Of a DNA stretch of 64,000 nucleotides, positions 29,630 through 39,622 are shown piece by piece; within the stretch, counting starts at the first letter, position 1; every line of letters begins with the position of its first letter. The DNA comes from a bacterium. GTDB taxonomy: Bacteria > Patescibacteriota > Minisyncoccia > Moranbacterales > DUUL01. The stretch spans positions 37,680-101,679 of the forward strand of contig JABGXP010000020.1 of assembly GCA_018675685.1 (NCBI GenBank), given 5' to 3'. The notes under the pieces were generated by a model. It had not been told where the DNA came from, ran no database searches, and worked only from the letters and a program-made list of their open reading frames with translations. Made by a program: the position numbers and the translations under genes.

Positions 29630-32600
29630 ATGAAAAAAGGAAAGATTGCCCCAAGATATGACTTTGCGAAAATTGAAAAGAAATGGCAAAAAATTTGGCA
29701 AGAAAAGAAACTTTTCGAAATCAAGCTTGACGGTGCAAAAAAACCTTTTTATAACTTGATGATGTTTCCATACCCCTCAGCTGAAGGATTGCATGTGGGC
29801 GGCGTCTATACATACACAGGAGTTGATACCTTCGGACGCTTCAAGAGAATGCAAGGGTATGATGTGTTTGAGCCAATCGGATTAGATGGGTTTGGGATTC
29901 ATAGTGAGAACTATGCAATGAAAATCGGAGAACATATAGACGAGGTTTCGAAGAGAACGGAGAAGAATTTTTACAGGCAGCTAGGTTCAATTGGAAATAT
30001 GTTTGATTGGTCACGGACTGTGGAAACCTATAAACCAGAGTATTATCGCTGGACCCAATGGATATTCCTTCAGATGTTTAAGAAAGGTTTAGCATATCAA
30101 AAGAAAGCAAAAGTTAATTGGTGTCCTTCTTGTAAAACCGTTCTTTCGGATGAACAGGTGATTCAGGGACAATGTGAGAGATGTGACAGTTTTGTTGATA
30201 AACGAGAATTAAAACAATGGTTTTTTCGGATCACAAAATATGCTGATCGACTTTTGAAAAATTTGGACTGGATCGATTGGCCTGAGGATGTAAAAACAAA
30301 TCAGCGAAACTGGATTGGGCGAAGCGAAGGTGCGAATATTAAGTTTAAAGTTGAATATACTGGGGAAGAAAAGAGCGAATTAGAAGTTTTTACAACAAGA
30401 CCTGACACACTTTTTGGTGCAACATACATGGTGCTTGCGCCAGAGCATGAGCTTGTAAATAAAGCAAGGGAAGCTATTGAAAATTTTGATGAAGTCGAGA
30501 GGTATGCAAAGAAGGCGATCAGTAAGTCAGAGCAGGAAAGGAAGAACGATGAAAAAACTAAAACAGGAGTTGAATTGAAAGGTGTTTCGGCTATAAATCC
30601 TGTTAACGGTGATAAAATCCCAGTTTGGGTCGCTGACTATGTTTTGGCGGGCTATGGAACAGGAGCGATTATGGCAGTCCCAGCTCATGACCAGAGAGAT
30701 TTCGAATTTGCAAATAAATTTGGAATTGAGATTAGGCAAGTTGTGGCACCTTATTTTCCAGCTAAAAAAACAAGTGATCTTCCTGTTAGAGAGGACAGAA
30801 AAACCGTTAAAAGAAATGTCGTTTATGGAGTTGTTAAAAACCCAAAGACAGGGAAATTTTTAATGATTAGCTGGAAAGATTATCCAGGAAAGTCTTTTAT
30901 TATTGGTGGTGCTAAAGATAATGAAGATATAATAAATGCAGCTAGGCGCGAAGTCACGGAAGAGACTGGATATGCAAACTTGAAATTCGTTAAAAAATCT
31001 CAATTTGAAATCCACGCAAGTTATTTTGCTGTGCATAAAGATGAAAACCGATATGGAGTCATTAATTGGGTTTATTTTGAACTAGCAGATGAGACTAAGA
31101 AAGAAATTAAGAAGGAAGACGAAGGTAAGCATAAAATTTTCTGGGTCAAAGAAAAGGAAGTTGATAAAGAACTACCATATACGAATTATCATTATGCCTG
31201 GAAGACGCTTACTTCAGGAAAGGAGTGTGCTACTGACAATGGAATCATGATTAATTCCGGATTTTTAGATGGACTAAAAACTGATGAAGCTAAAACTAAA
31301 ATACTTAAGTGGCTTGAGAAAGAAAAAGTTGGGAAAAAATCAATCGATTTCAAATTACGAGATTGGTGTGTTTCTCGTCAAAGGTATTGGGGGCCTCCGA
31401 TTCCAATCGTATGGTGCAAGGAATGTGCGAAAAAGGAGAATAAAACAAAAGTTCTGTTTCTCCATGGTTTTGAAGGTAACGGTGAGTGTAATTGGTTTCC
31501 TGAATTAAAAAAGAAGTTAGAAAAAGCAGGTTGTGAAGTTTTTTCACCAACAATGCCATCACCTGAAAGTCCAAAATTCGAAGAGTGGATGAATGAAATC
31601 AAGGTCTACATGGACAAAATGGGAGAAAATGACGTGATTGTTGGTCACAGTCTTGGTTCTGGAGCTGCCATGCACTATCTTGGGCGAACAAATCAGAAAC
31701 TAAAAAAAGTATTTTTAGTTGCCGCCGCTGTTGGAGATGGTCCGCGAAGAGACTGGGACGCACTACGAAAAGCATGGCCAACTGCTGATGTTGATTCGTT
31801 AGAAAAGTTCTGGAAACATAAAATTGACTGGAAGTCAGTTAATAAAAGTGTCTTAAAAGAGACTAGGGTGATTTTCTCAAAAGACGATCCGTATATTGAC
31901 CCAGAACACTACAAACTTGTTGATTTGGATGATGTTGTTTTGGAAAAATGGGATGGATTAAAACACTTTATCACTGCTAGTTGTCCAAAACTAACTGACT
32001 ACATTACGGAGAATATCGTGGGAGATATTAGTCCTGTTGCAGTTCCTGTTCCAGACGAAAGTTTACCAGTCGAATTACCGCCAATGGAAAATTTTCTTCC
32101 CGAAGGAACTGGAAAGGGACCTTTGGCGCGGAACGAAGAGTTTGTGAAAACAACTTGTCCGGTTTGTGGCGCGGAGGCTGAAAGAGAAACTGATGTTTCA
32201 GATCCATTTGTAGACTCATCATGGTACTTTTTTCGATATCCATCAACTGAGTTCAATGACAATGCTTTTGATCCAGAGCGAACGAAAAAGTGGCTTCCAG
32301 TAGACAGTTATATTGGTGGAAAAGAACACACTGTGTTGCATTTACTCTATTCACGGTTTGTAACTATGGTTTTCAAGGATTTGGGGCTTATTGATTTTGA
32401 GGAGCCGTATAAAAGATTTTTTGGGCATGGACTTATCACAAAAGAAGGAGCGAAAATGTCGAAATCAAAGGGAAATGTTGTCAATCCAGATGATATGATT
32501 GAAAAATATGGTGCAGATACAACAAGAATGTATTTGAGATTTTTAGGAGACTTTTCACAAGGAGGGGATTGGAGAGACTCTGGCGTAGAGGGGATGAGCA

Positions 32601-33133
32601 AATTTGTAAAGAAGTTGTGGACTCTTTTTTCTGAGCTCAAAGGAGAAGGTGTTGGTCTAGGAAATCTTTCGATGATTGATAAAACGGTAAAGGTTGTTGG
32701 TGAAGACTTAGAAAGACTTTCATTTAACACAGCAGTCGCAAGACTTATGGAATTCACAAATTGGGCGAAGGAAAATAAAGCCGTTTTCAATAAAGAAGAA
32801 GCGGCGCAAGTGAGGAAAGTAATGGCACTCGTTTTTTCACCAATGATGCCTCATCTCGCAGAAGAATTTTGGGAAAAAATTGGAGGAAAAGATTCTGTTT
32901 GTAATCAATCTTGGCCAAAATATAATAAAGAGAATATTATTGATAGCGAAATCGAACTCGTAGTGCAGGTCAATGGGAAACTTCGAGATAAAGTTGTAGT
33001 TTCAAAGGATGTCAAAGAGGAAGAAGCTAAAAAATTAGCGCTTGAAAGTGAAAATGTACAAAAGTTCATAGAGCAAAAAGAGATAAAAAAAGTGATATAT
33101 GTTATCGGAAAACTTGTTAATATTGTTGTATAG
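29630..33133 (+). CDS. leuS: Leucyl-tRNA synthetase carrying two inserted domains: a Nudix hydrolase and an RBBP9/YdeN-like serine hydrolase
   Basis: LeuS core motifs are present: PYPSAEGLHVGG, the CP1 editing domain (TTRPDTLFG…GTGAIMAVPAHDQRDFEF), RDWCVSRQRYWGPPIPI, the zinc-knuckle CKEC…CPVC, DSSWYF and KMSKS. The protein is 1167 aa, compared with about 800–880 for typical bacterial LeuS. It has a Nudix box GGAKDNEDIINAARREVTEETGY and a GHSLG serine-hydrolase elbow. Confidence 0.9.
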   Translation: MKKGKIAPRYDFAKIEKKWQKIWQEKKLFEIKLDGAKKPFYNLMMFPYPSAEGLHVGGVYTYTGVDTFGRFKRMQGYDVFEPIGLDGFGIHSENYAMKIGEHIDEVSKRTEKNFYRQLGSIGNMFDWSRTVETYKPEYYRWTQWIFLQMFKKGLAYQKKAKVNWCPSCKTVLSDEQVIQGQCERCDSFVDKRELKQWFFRITKYADRLLKNLDWIDWPEDVKTNQRNWIGRSEGANIKFKVEYTGEEKSELEVFTTRPDTLFGATYMVLAPEHELVNKAREAIENFDEVERYAKKAISKSEQERKNDEKTKTGVELKGVSAINPVNGDKIPVWVADYVLAGYGTGAIMAVPAHDQRDFEFANKFGIEIRQVVAPYFPAKKTSDLPVREDRKTVKRNVVYGVVKNPKTGKFLMISWKDYPGKSFIIGGAKDNEDIINAARREVTEETGYANLKFVKKSQFEIHASYFAVHKDENRYGVINWVYFELADETKKEIKKEDEGKHKIFWVKEKEVDKELPYTNYHYAWKTLTSGKECATDNGIMINSGFLDGLKTDEAKTKILKWLEKEKVGKKSIDFKLRDWCVSRQRYWGPPIPIVWCKECAKKENKTKVLFLHGFEGNGECNWFPELKKKLEKAGCEVFSPTMPSPESPKFEEWMNEIKVYMDKMGENDVIVGHSLGSGAAMHYLGRTNQKLKKVFLVAAAVGDGPRRDWDALRKAWPTADVDSLEKFWKHKIDWKSVNKSVLKETRVIFSKDDPYIDPEHYKLVDLDDVVLEKWDGLKHFITASCPKLTDYITENIVGDISPVAVPVPDESLPVELPPMENFLPEGTGKGPLARNEEFVKTTCPVCGAEAERETDVSDPFVDSSWYFFRYPSTEFNDNAFDPERTKKWLPVDSYIGGKEHTVLHLLYSRFVTMVFKDLGLIDFEEPYKRFFGHGLITKEGAKMSKSKGNVVNPDDMIEKYGADTTRMYLRFLGDFSQGGDWRDSGVEGMSKFVKKLWTLFSELKGEGVGLGNLSMIDKTVKVVGEDLERLSFNTAVARLMEFTNWAKENKAVFNKEEAAQVRKVMALVFSPMMPHLAEEFWEKIGGKDSVCNQSWPKYNKENIIDSEIELVVQVNGKLRDKVVVSKDVKEEEAKKLALESENVQKFIEQKEIKKVIYVIGKLVNIVV

Positions 33134-33166
33134 ATAGGTGTCTTTTAATTACATTGGATTAAATAG

Positions 33167-35044
33167 ATGAAGAAAAAAAACAAAAAAAGGAAGGTTTTGG
33201 ATTCAGTAAACTTCCCCAGTGATATCAAAAAATTACCAGTGGAACGTCTGGAGAATCTTTGTGAAGACGTAAGAGCATTTGTAATTGAAACAGTTTCAAA
33301 AACAGGCGGCCATTTTGGTTCAAATTTAGGGGTAGTTGAATTAACAGTAGCCCTTCATCGTGTTTTTGATACACCAAAAGACCTCCTGATTTGGGACGTA
33401 GGTCATCAAGCCTATCCACATAAGATTCTCACAGGACGAAAAGATAAAATGTATACAATTCGCAAAAAAGGAGGGCTTTCACCGTTTCCTCGTCGTAGTG
33501 AGAGTGAATATGATGCTCTTGGAGTGGGACATTCCAGTACATCGATCGGCTCCGCAGTTGGAATGACGATTGCAAATAAAGGAAAACTAAATTCACCAAA
33601 AGTGATAGCTGTAATTGGTGATGCAGCGCTTACAGGAGGGATGGCATTAGAGGCGCTTAATCACGCAGGCGACATCAAGGCTGATGTTTTAGTTGTTTTA
33701 AACGACAATAAGATGTCAATTTCTCCAAACGTGGGAGGTATGAGAAAGTATCTTACGAGGCTTATCTCGTCTGAACCATATTTAAAGTTACGCGGTAAAG
33801 GAGAGAAAGTTCTAGGAAGGGTATCTCCTGGAGTTCAAGATTTTATGCGCAGAGCAGATTCTTACACCAGAGGGCTTATTACAAAAGGAACATTTTTTGA
33901 AGAATTAGGATTTAAGTATTATGGCCCCATCGATGGACATGACATAAAAACACTCACAGAAGTTCTAGAAAATTTGAAAAATATCAAAGGACCTAAATTT
34001 TTACATGTTGTAACAAAAAAAGGAAAAGGATATAAATTTGCTGAAGACGACGCCTTTTCTTTGCATGCTGTAAAACCTTTTGACCCGGTTACTGGAAAAA
34101 ACAATGGACCAAAAAATTCCAACATTACCTATACGAAAGTATTTTCCCAGTGGATTTGTGATAAGGCAAAGAGAGAAAGCGACTTGCATGCAATTACACC
34201 TGCGATGTGTGAGGGTTCAGGATTGGCAAAATTTAGCAGAGAGTTCCCAGAGAGATATCATGACGTTGGAATTGCAGAGCAACATGCTGTAACCTTCGCT
34301 GCTGGTCTTGCTTGTCAAAAGAAAAAGCCAGTAGTAGCAATCTATTCATCATTTTTACAACGTGCCTATGACCAGTTGATTCATGATGTAGCCTTACAGG
34401 AATTAGACATTCTTTTTGCTATTGATCGAGCAGGCATCGTTGGAGCTGATGGTGCAACCCACGCGGGTACTTTTGATCTTTCTTTTTTACGTCCAATTCC
34501 GAATTTAGTTTTAATGGCTCCTTCTTCGGAGAATGAGTGCTATAAGATGCTTGATTTTGGATATGATTACAAGGGGATTGTGGCTGTTAGGTATCCAAGG
34601 GGAGGTGGGAGTGATAAGTATGAAAAAGGCAAAGATATTTCAATTGAGCTTGGAAAGGCTAAAGTTTTTGTAAAAGGAAGGGATGTTGCCATTTTAGCAT
34701 TTGGATCGATGGTTGAGAATTCGAGGAGAGCTGCTAAGGAGATCGGAGCTACGCTTGTTGATATGCGCTTTATAAAACCATTAGACGAAAAACTTTTAAA
34801 AGAGCTTGCAAAAGATCATAAATTTTTCATTACAGTCGAAGACAATGTAATTGCTGGAGGTGCTGGAAGCGCTGTTAATGAGTTTGTTTTAAATAGCGGC
34901 ATTGGAGTTGCAGTTAAGAATCTTGGTCTGCCAGATTTTTTTACTGTACATGGTGCAAGGGATGAAATTTTGGAAGAAATTGGACTCGGAGAAGTAGGAA
35001 TCTTGAAATCAATTGAAAAATTTTTAATAAAAAATAGAAAATAA
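33167..35044 (+). CDS. dxs: 1-deoxy-D-xylulose-5-phosphate synthase
   Basis: …GGHFGSNLGVVELTVALHRVFDTPKDLLIWDVGHQAYPHKILTGR… Dxs signature. 625 aa. Confidence 0.9.
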   Translation: MKKKNKKRKVLDSVNFPSDIKKLPVERLENLCEDVRAFVIETVSKTGGHFGSNLGVVELTVALHRVFDTPKDLLIWDVGHQAYPHKILTGRKDKMYTIRKKGGLSPFPRRSESEYDALGVGHSSTSIGSAVGMTIANKGKLNSPKVIAVIGDAALTGGMALEALNHAGDIKADVLVVLNDNKMSISPNVGGMRKYLTRLISSEPYLKLRGKGEKVLGRVSPGVQDFMRRADSYTRGLITKGTFFEELGFKYYGPIDGHDIKTLTEVLENLKNIKGPKFLHVVTKKGKGYKFAEDDAFSLHAVKPFDPVTGKNNGPKNSNITYTKVFSQWICDKAKRESDLHAITPAMCEGSGLAKFSREFPERYHDVGIAEQHAVTFAAGLACQKKKPVVAIYSSFLQRAYDQLIHDVALQELDILFAIDRAGIVGADGATHAGTFDLSFLRPIPNLVLMAPSSENECYKMLDFGYDYKGIVAVRYPRGGGSDKYEKGKDISIELGKAKVFVKGRDVAILAFGSMVENSRRAAKEIGATLVDMRFIKPLDEKLLKELAKDHKFFITVEDNVIAGGAGSAVNEFVLNSGIGVAVKNLGLPDFFTVHGARDEILEEIGLGEVGILKSIEKFLIKNRK

Positions 35045-35182
35045 AACATCACAAAGAGGAATTTCAAACAAATCAAAAAATATGCTACAATGATGCTACG
35101 GACAGAAGAAGGAAACTTTCTAGTTTGATTTCCAGAGAATTGCCTGGAAAGAGACAATTGAAAACACCCCTTAAAAAACAAA

Positions 35183-36451
35183 ATGCAACTATTTAAAAAG
35201 ATTTTTTCCAGAAAGTCATCTGGGAGTGATTATGTGATTTCGCTTGATATCGGCACTGAGTTTGTGAAAGTGCTTGTTTTTAGAGTGGATGAGGACAATC
35301 AAAAAGGGATTGTAGTTGGTTTTGGAAAGAGAAGACAAAAGCTTAGAAACATGATCTCAGGAGCTGTCAGTGACATTAATGGAGTGATCGAAACTTGTCG
35401 TGGTGCAATCGATGAAGCAGAAGAAATGGCTGGAATAAAAAATGTGCAAAGAGCTATTATGGGAATTGCAGGAGAATTAGTCAAAGGAACAACAACCACC
35501 GTTCACTATGAGCGCGCAAAACCTGAAATTAGAATTGATATGCCAGAACTTAAAAATATAATTTCGAAAGTCCAATGGAAAGCATTCGATCGGATTAGAA
35601 AGCAACTGGCATGGGAAACTGGTCATAATGAAATAGATGTTGAGCTTATTAATGCTGCTATTGTGGGTGTAAAAATAGATGGATATCGCATCTCTGATCC
35701 AATGGGTTTTCAAGGAAGAGACGTCTCTATTAGTGTTTTTAATGCTTATGCGCCAATGATGCACCTGGGGGCACTTCATAAAATTGCGAATGAGTTAAAT
35801 TTGGAATTGCTTTCGATTGCTGCAGAGCCATATGCAGTTGCGCAGTCAATGGGCACATACAACAACCCAGATTTCGGTGCTATCATTATTGATATTGGAG
35901 GGGGAACAACCGATGTTGCGCTAGTAAGAAATGGGGGATTAGAAGGAACGGTCATGTATGCTTTTGGGGGAAGGGCCTTTACGAAACGACTTGCGACCTC
36001 TTTAGACCTGGGGTTTGATGAGGCGGAAAAGTTGAAAATGAAATACTCGCTAGGAAGACTTTCTCCTGAAATGACAAAAAGGGTAGACAAAATTTTTGAA
36101 TCAGATTGTGAAATTTGGGCTTCTGGGCTTGAGATTGCACTGGATAGTTTTTCTAATTATGACCTTTTGCCTCCAAGGATCCTGCTTTGTGGTGGAGGCA
36201 GTGGTCTGCCAGGAATAGGAAGAATTTTAGCAAAAGGTGAGTGGATTGATAATATACCAATATCTTCACAACCAAAAGTGAGTTTTATTCAACCAAGGGA
36301 TGTAGTGAACATTGTAGATCAAACAAAGCAGTTAAAGAGTCCGCAATTAGTAGCACCAATGGGGCTTGCAAACTTAGTGCTGGGCTTAACTGGGGAAGAG
36401 AAGGTACTTTCTAATGTACTTGGAAAAGCAGTGAAAATAATACAAAACTAA
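35183..36451 (+). CDS. ftsA: FtsA-like actin-family ATPase (cell division)
   Basis: Phosphate-1 motif ISLDIGTEFVKV and phosphate-2 motif IIIDIGGGTTDVALV. 422 aa. Confidence 0.65.
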   Translation: MQLFKKIFSRKSSGSDYVISLDIGTEFVKVLVFRVDEDNQKGIVVGFGKRRQKLRNMISGAVSDINGVIETCRGAIDEAEEMAGIKNVQRAIMGIAGELVKGTTTTVHYERAKPEIRIDMPELKNIISKVQWKAFDRIRKQLAWETGHNEIDVELINAAIVGVKIDGYRISDPMGFQGRDVSISVFNAYAPMMHLGALHKIANELNLELLSIAAEPYAVAQSMGTYNNPDFGAIIIDIGGGTTDVALVRNGGLEGTVMYAFGGRAFTKRLATSLDLGFDEAEKLKMKYSLGRLSPEMTKRVDKIFESDCEIWASGLEIALDSFSNYDLLPPRILLCGGGSGLPGIGRILAKGEWIDNIPISSQPKVSFIQPRDVVNIVDQTKQLKSPQLVAPMGLANLVLGLTGEEKVLSNVLGKAVKIIQN

Positions 36452-36484
36452 AAAGATTTAAAATAAAAAGATAAGTGGAATTTT

Positions 36485-38734
36485 ATGCATAAGACGATTT
36501 ATATCGACATAGACGAAGAAATAACCAGTGTTTTGGATAAAATAAGAGACGAAAAATCTAGTGAGATTTGCATTGTTGTTCCGAAGAACGCAGCCTTGAC
36601 ACAGGGAATTATCAATTTGAAATTGTTGAAAAAAGAGTCGGCTAAGTACGGAAAAACAATAGTAATCGCAACTAACGATCCCCAGGCTAGGAAAGTTATC
36701 AAGCGCCTTGAAATAAAAACACAAGAGATTGCAGAAACTGATTTGAAAGGGAGTAGCGAGTTAAAGAAAGTCGAAAAGACTGAAAAGGAAACTGAGCCAA
36801 TGGAAATCCAAGAGGAAGCAAACAATCAAACTGAAGAACTCAAAGGTGAAATCAAGATGACAAAAGAAGAATTTGTGACCAGCGATATAGGTTCAGAGAC
36901 ATTTTTTGATGGAATTATTCCGGAGCCAATCATTGATGATAAAAAGGAGAACAATATCAAAAGTGATATTAAAAAACAAGAACCAAATTTAATCTCACCG
37001 AATGAATTGCGCGAAGAATTATATCCCAGAAAAACAGATTTTAAGAATGAAAAAGTTCCACAGATAAAGCAGAAAAAAAATAAAGAGACCGTTTCTGCAA
37101 GTTTGGAAGAGATGTCTGATTTGAAGCCAGTAACAACCGTTGATAAACAAAACGACCTAATAAAAAGAGTTGATACAATGGACAGACAAGCTAAAACTGT
37201 CAGAAAAATCACTCCTTCAGAAGGGAAGAATTCTTCCGAAGCAAACCCAGCCATGAAAACAATTCCAAGAGGAGGCAAAACAGTTGTTTCTCGTTCAGTC
37301 GACTTTGGAGATAAAATGCAAGAATCAAAAAAAGGTCCAAGTAACGGAAGAGTATTAGCTACCAGTTTTGATTTGCAGAAGCAATCGTCCGAGGGAGGAG
37401 ATTTCAAGGTAACAGAAGAGCTCAATTTAAAAAGCTTTGATGAAGAAACTTCGAAGAAAGCAGAAGAATTTTTTGGAATAGAGCCCAAGAAACCAAAGGA
37501 GTCCATAAAAGAGATGAAAAAACAAGTAAAGAGGGTTGAGAAGGAAATTGTCCAGTCAAAAAACCAAAAGGGATTTATAAGGCGCTGGGGATTTGCTATT
37601 ATGATAGCCTTTTCATTTGTTGGAATTGGTGGTTTTACTGCTTGGGGGTATATGAATTATCCACAGGCTGAAATTAAAATTCATCCAAGAAAGAAAGATT
37701 TTTCTAAAGAGATTAAAATTTCAGTCAAAGAAGGCGCAGATAAAAGCGGCTTTGAGAAAGGTGTTATTCCAGGGCAATACAAGGAAATGACAGTTCAAAA
37801 GACAATGAAGTTCAATGCTACTGGTGAGACCTACGCGACTGATGATGGAAAAGCAAAAGGAAAAGTTACTATATATAATAAGTATTCAAAAAAAGAACAA
37901 CCCCTTGTTGCGACTACAAGAGTTCTCTCTAAAGAAGGTAAGCTGTTTAGACTTATTAAGGGCGTTACAGTTCCGGGAATGGAAAATGATAATCCTGGCA
38001 CAGTCGAAGCCGCTGTGATTGCTGATAAGCCAGGGGAGGAGTTTAATATCGGTTCTTCCGCTTTTACGATTGAGGGATTTAAGGGGAAACCACAGTATGA
38101 TAAATTTGAAGTGAAATCTTTCGAACCAATGACAGATGGAGGTTCTCCGGATTCAAACAAGAAATTATCCATGATCTCGATAGCTGATATCGCAAGGGCT
38201 CGTGAAAAAACAATTACAGCTTTAGAAAAAAGTCTTGAAGAAGAAGTGAAAGCCCAATTAGGAGTTGAAATGAGTGCGATGTTTGACTCAGTTGAAAAAG
38301 AAATTATAGGAGCTTCTTCTACTAATGAGGTCAAGGATGTCGTGAAAAGTTTTTCATACACTGTTGAGCAAAAAATTAAATTGATTACTTTTCTGACAGC
38401 AGATGTTAATTCAGCCGTACTTCTTGGCATGAGACAGGATGTTGAAGATGGCTATGAAATAGAAGAGTCTGAAAGTAATGTTACTTTCAAAAAAAGTATC
38501 ACTGATCTTGAAAAGAAAACAATGACGATGTATCTAGATTCCTCAGCCACAGCTTGGCCAATAATCGAAGCGGAGCAGTTAGCGCAAAGTATTGCTGAGA
38601 AAAAGGAAGAAGAAATTCGTGTTATCTTGCTAGGATATCCCACAATTGAAAAAATTGAATTTTTAGTGAAACCGTCCTGGTTAACAGGTCTGCCAATTTC
38701 AAAGGACAAGATTGATGTTTCAGTTGTGAAATAG
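36485..38734 (+). CDS. Hypothetical large bitopic membrane protein (cytoplasmic N-terminal domain, one TM helix, large extracytoplasmic C-terminal domain)
   Basis: 749 aa. One hydrophobic helix (…FAIMIAFSFVGIGGFTAWGY…). It lies immediately downstream of the ftsA-like gene. Confidence 0.45.
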   Translation: MHKTIYIDIDEEITSVLDKIRDEKSSEICIVVPKNAALTQGIINLKLLKKESAKYGKTIVIATNDPQARKVIKRLEIKTQEIAETDLKGSSELKKVEKTEKETEPMEIQEEANNQTEELKGEIKMTKEEFVTSDIGSETFFDGIIPEPIIDDKKENNIKSDIKKQEPNLISPNELREELYPRKTDFKNEKVPQIKQKKNKETVSASLEEMSDLKPVTTVDKQNDLIKRVDTMDRQAKTVRKITPSEGKNSSEANPAMKTIPRGGKTVVSRSVDFGDKMQESKKGPSNGRVLATSFDLQKQSSEGGDFKVTEELNLKSFDEETSKKAEEFFGIEPKKPKESIKEMKKQVKRVEKEIVQSKNQKGFIRRWGFAIMIAFSFVGIGGFTAWGYMNYPQAEIKIHPRKKDFSKEIKISVKEGADKSGFEKGVIPGQYKEMTVQKTMKFNATGETYATDDGKAKGKVTIYNKYSKKEQPLVATTRVLSKEGKLFRLIKGVTVPGMENDNPGTVEAAVIADKPGEEFNIGSSAFTIEGFKGKPQYDKFEVKSFEPMTDGGSPDSNKKLSMISIADIARAREKTITALEKSLEEEVKAQLGVEMSAMFDSVEKEIIGASSTNEVKDVVKSFSYTVEQKIKLITFLTADVNSAVLLGMRQDVEDGYEIEESESNVTFKKSITDLEKKTMTMYLDSSATAWPIIEAEQLAQSIAEKKEEEIRVILLGYPTIEKIEFLVKPSWLTGLPISKDKIDVSVVK

Positions 38735-38765
38735 TAAGAGCAGTGGGTTTTTAAACTCAAATTAA

Positions 38766-38800
38766 AAAGGTATGTTCCGATTTGGAACACACCTTTTTTC
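38766..38800. terminator. Bidirectional terminator hairpin
   Basis: GGTATGTTCC-GATTT-GGAACACACC stem (one mismatch), flanked by A and T runs. Confidence 0.6.
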
Positions 38801-38824
38801 TTTCTGATAAAAGAACTGCGGTTT

Positions 38825-39508
38825 TTAAGGGTTAAATAAAAGGCCCGTATCAATTTTGGAAAACAGACTTTTAGCGTACTCCTTAATTGTTGTGCTTTTG
38901 GGTTGAAAATCTGGCTGACCAGCGACTGATGCGTCAGCTGCATCCAGAATGTTCTGAATCTGTTGATCACTAAATTTTACAAGCTTTAGATAATATAGAG
39001 CGCCGAGAAACAACGACATATCCTCCCATTCTTTAAGACCAGAGGCTGCGCCAATGATGCTGAGGATGATTACTTTGCCAGAAACGGAAATCAGTTTAAA
39101 GATAACATGAGCTGATCCGCCCCATTTGCTGTTCGTAGGATCCCTGTTTTGATGAGAGCAGATAAGGTTGGAAAAGATAGTCCGCTGTACCTTTTCAGCT
39201 GCAAAACGCGAACAATTTTTCTCAAATTCGATATCCGGAAAAGTCTTTCCAATTTTCTCATGAATTGGCACCGGCACCAAAGAATGATCTGTGTACATGA
39301 ATTCACAATTAAAATAGACTGCCTTTCTGTCAGGTGCCAATGTCTGGTTGGCATCCAGCATAAGTCCCAAAACCTTTCCCATACTGTTTATGAGTTGAGG
39401 TCCTAAGTCCGTTGTATGTGTAAGCAATTTAAACAAATCCTTTTGCTCGCTTTCCTTAATTACAATTGGCGTAACTTTTTCCTCATAAATTAACTTTGAT
39501 TCTGGCAT
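38825..39508 (-). CDS. Hypothetical protein
   Basis: 227-aa ORF with no recognisable motif. Confidence 0.4.
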   Translation of the reverse strand: MPESKLIYEEKVTPIVIKESEQKDLFKLLTHTTDLGPQLINSMGKVLGLMLDANQTLAPDRKAVYFNCEFMYTDHSLVPVPIHEKIGKTFPDIEFEKNCSRFAAEKVQRTIFSNLICSHQNRDPTNSKWGGSAHVIFKLISVSGKVIILSIIGAASGLKEWEDMSLFLGALYYLKLVKFSDQQIQNILDAADASVAGQPDFQPKSTTIKEYAKSLFSKIDTGLLFNP

Positions 39509-39622
39509 CTTCCGCTCCTCCTGTAAAATCCTAGATTTAAGTAAGCACTACTCCAATTTTAGCCTGAGTAACATTTTAAAATACACACAAACAATCCGAA
39601 TCATGTTTGCTATTGGCGACAT

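Noticed and set aside
30740-32038. LeuS inserts as inteins or a separate nested gene
   Set aside because: There are no intein splice-junction or homing-endonuclease motifs. Both inserts stay in frame with LeuS segments on each side. They carry enzyme motifs (a Nudix box and a GxSxG elbow) instead.
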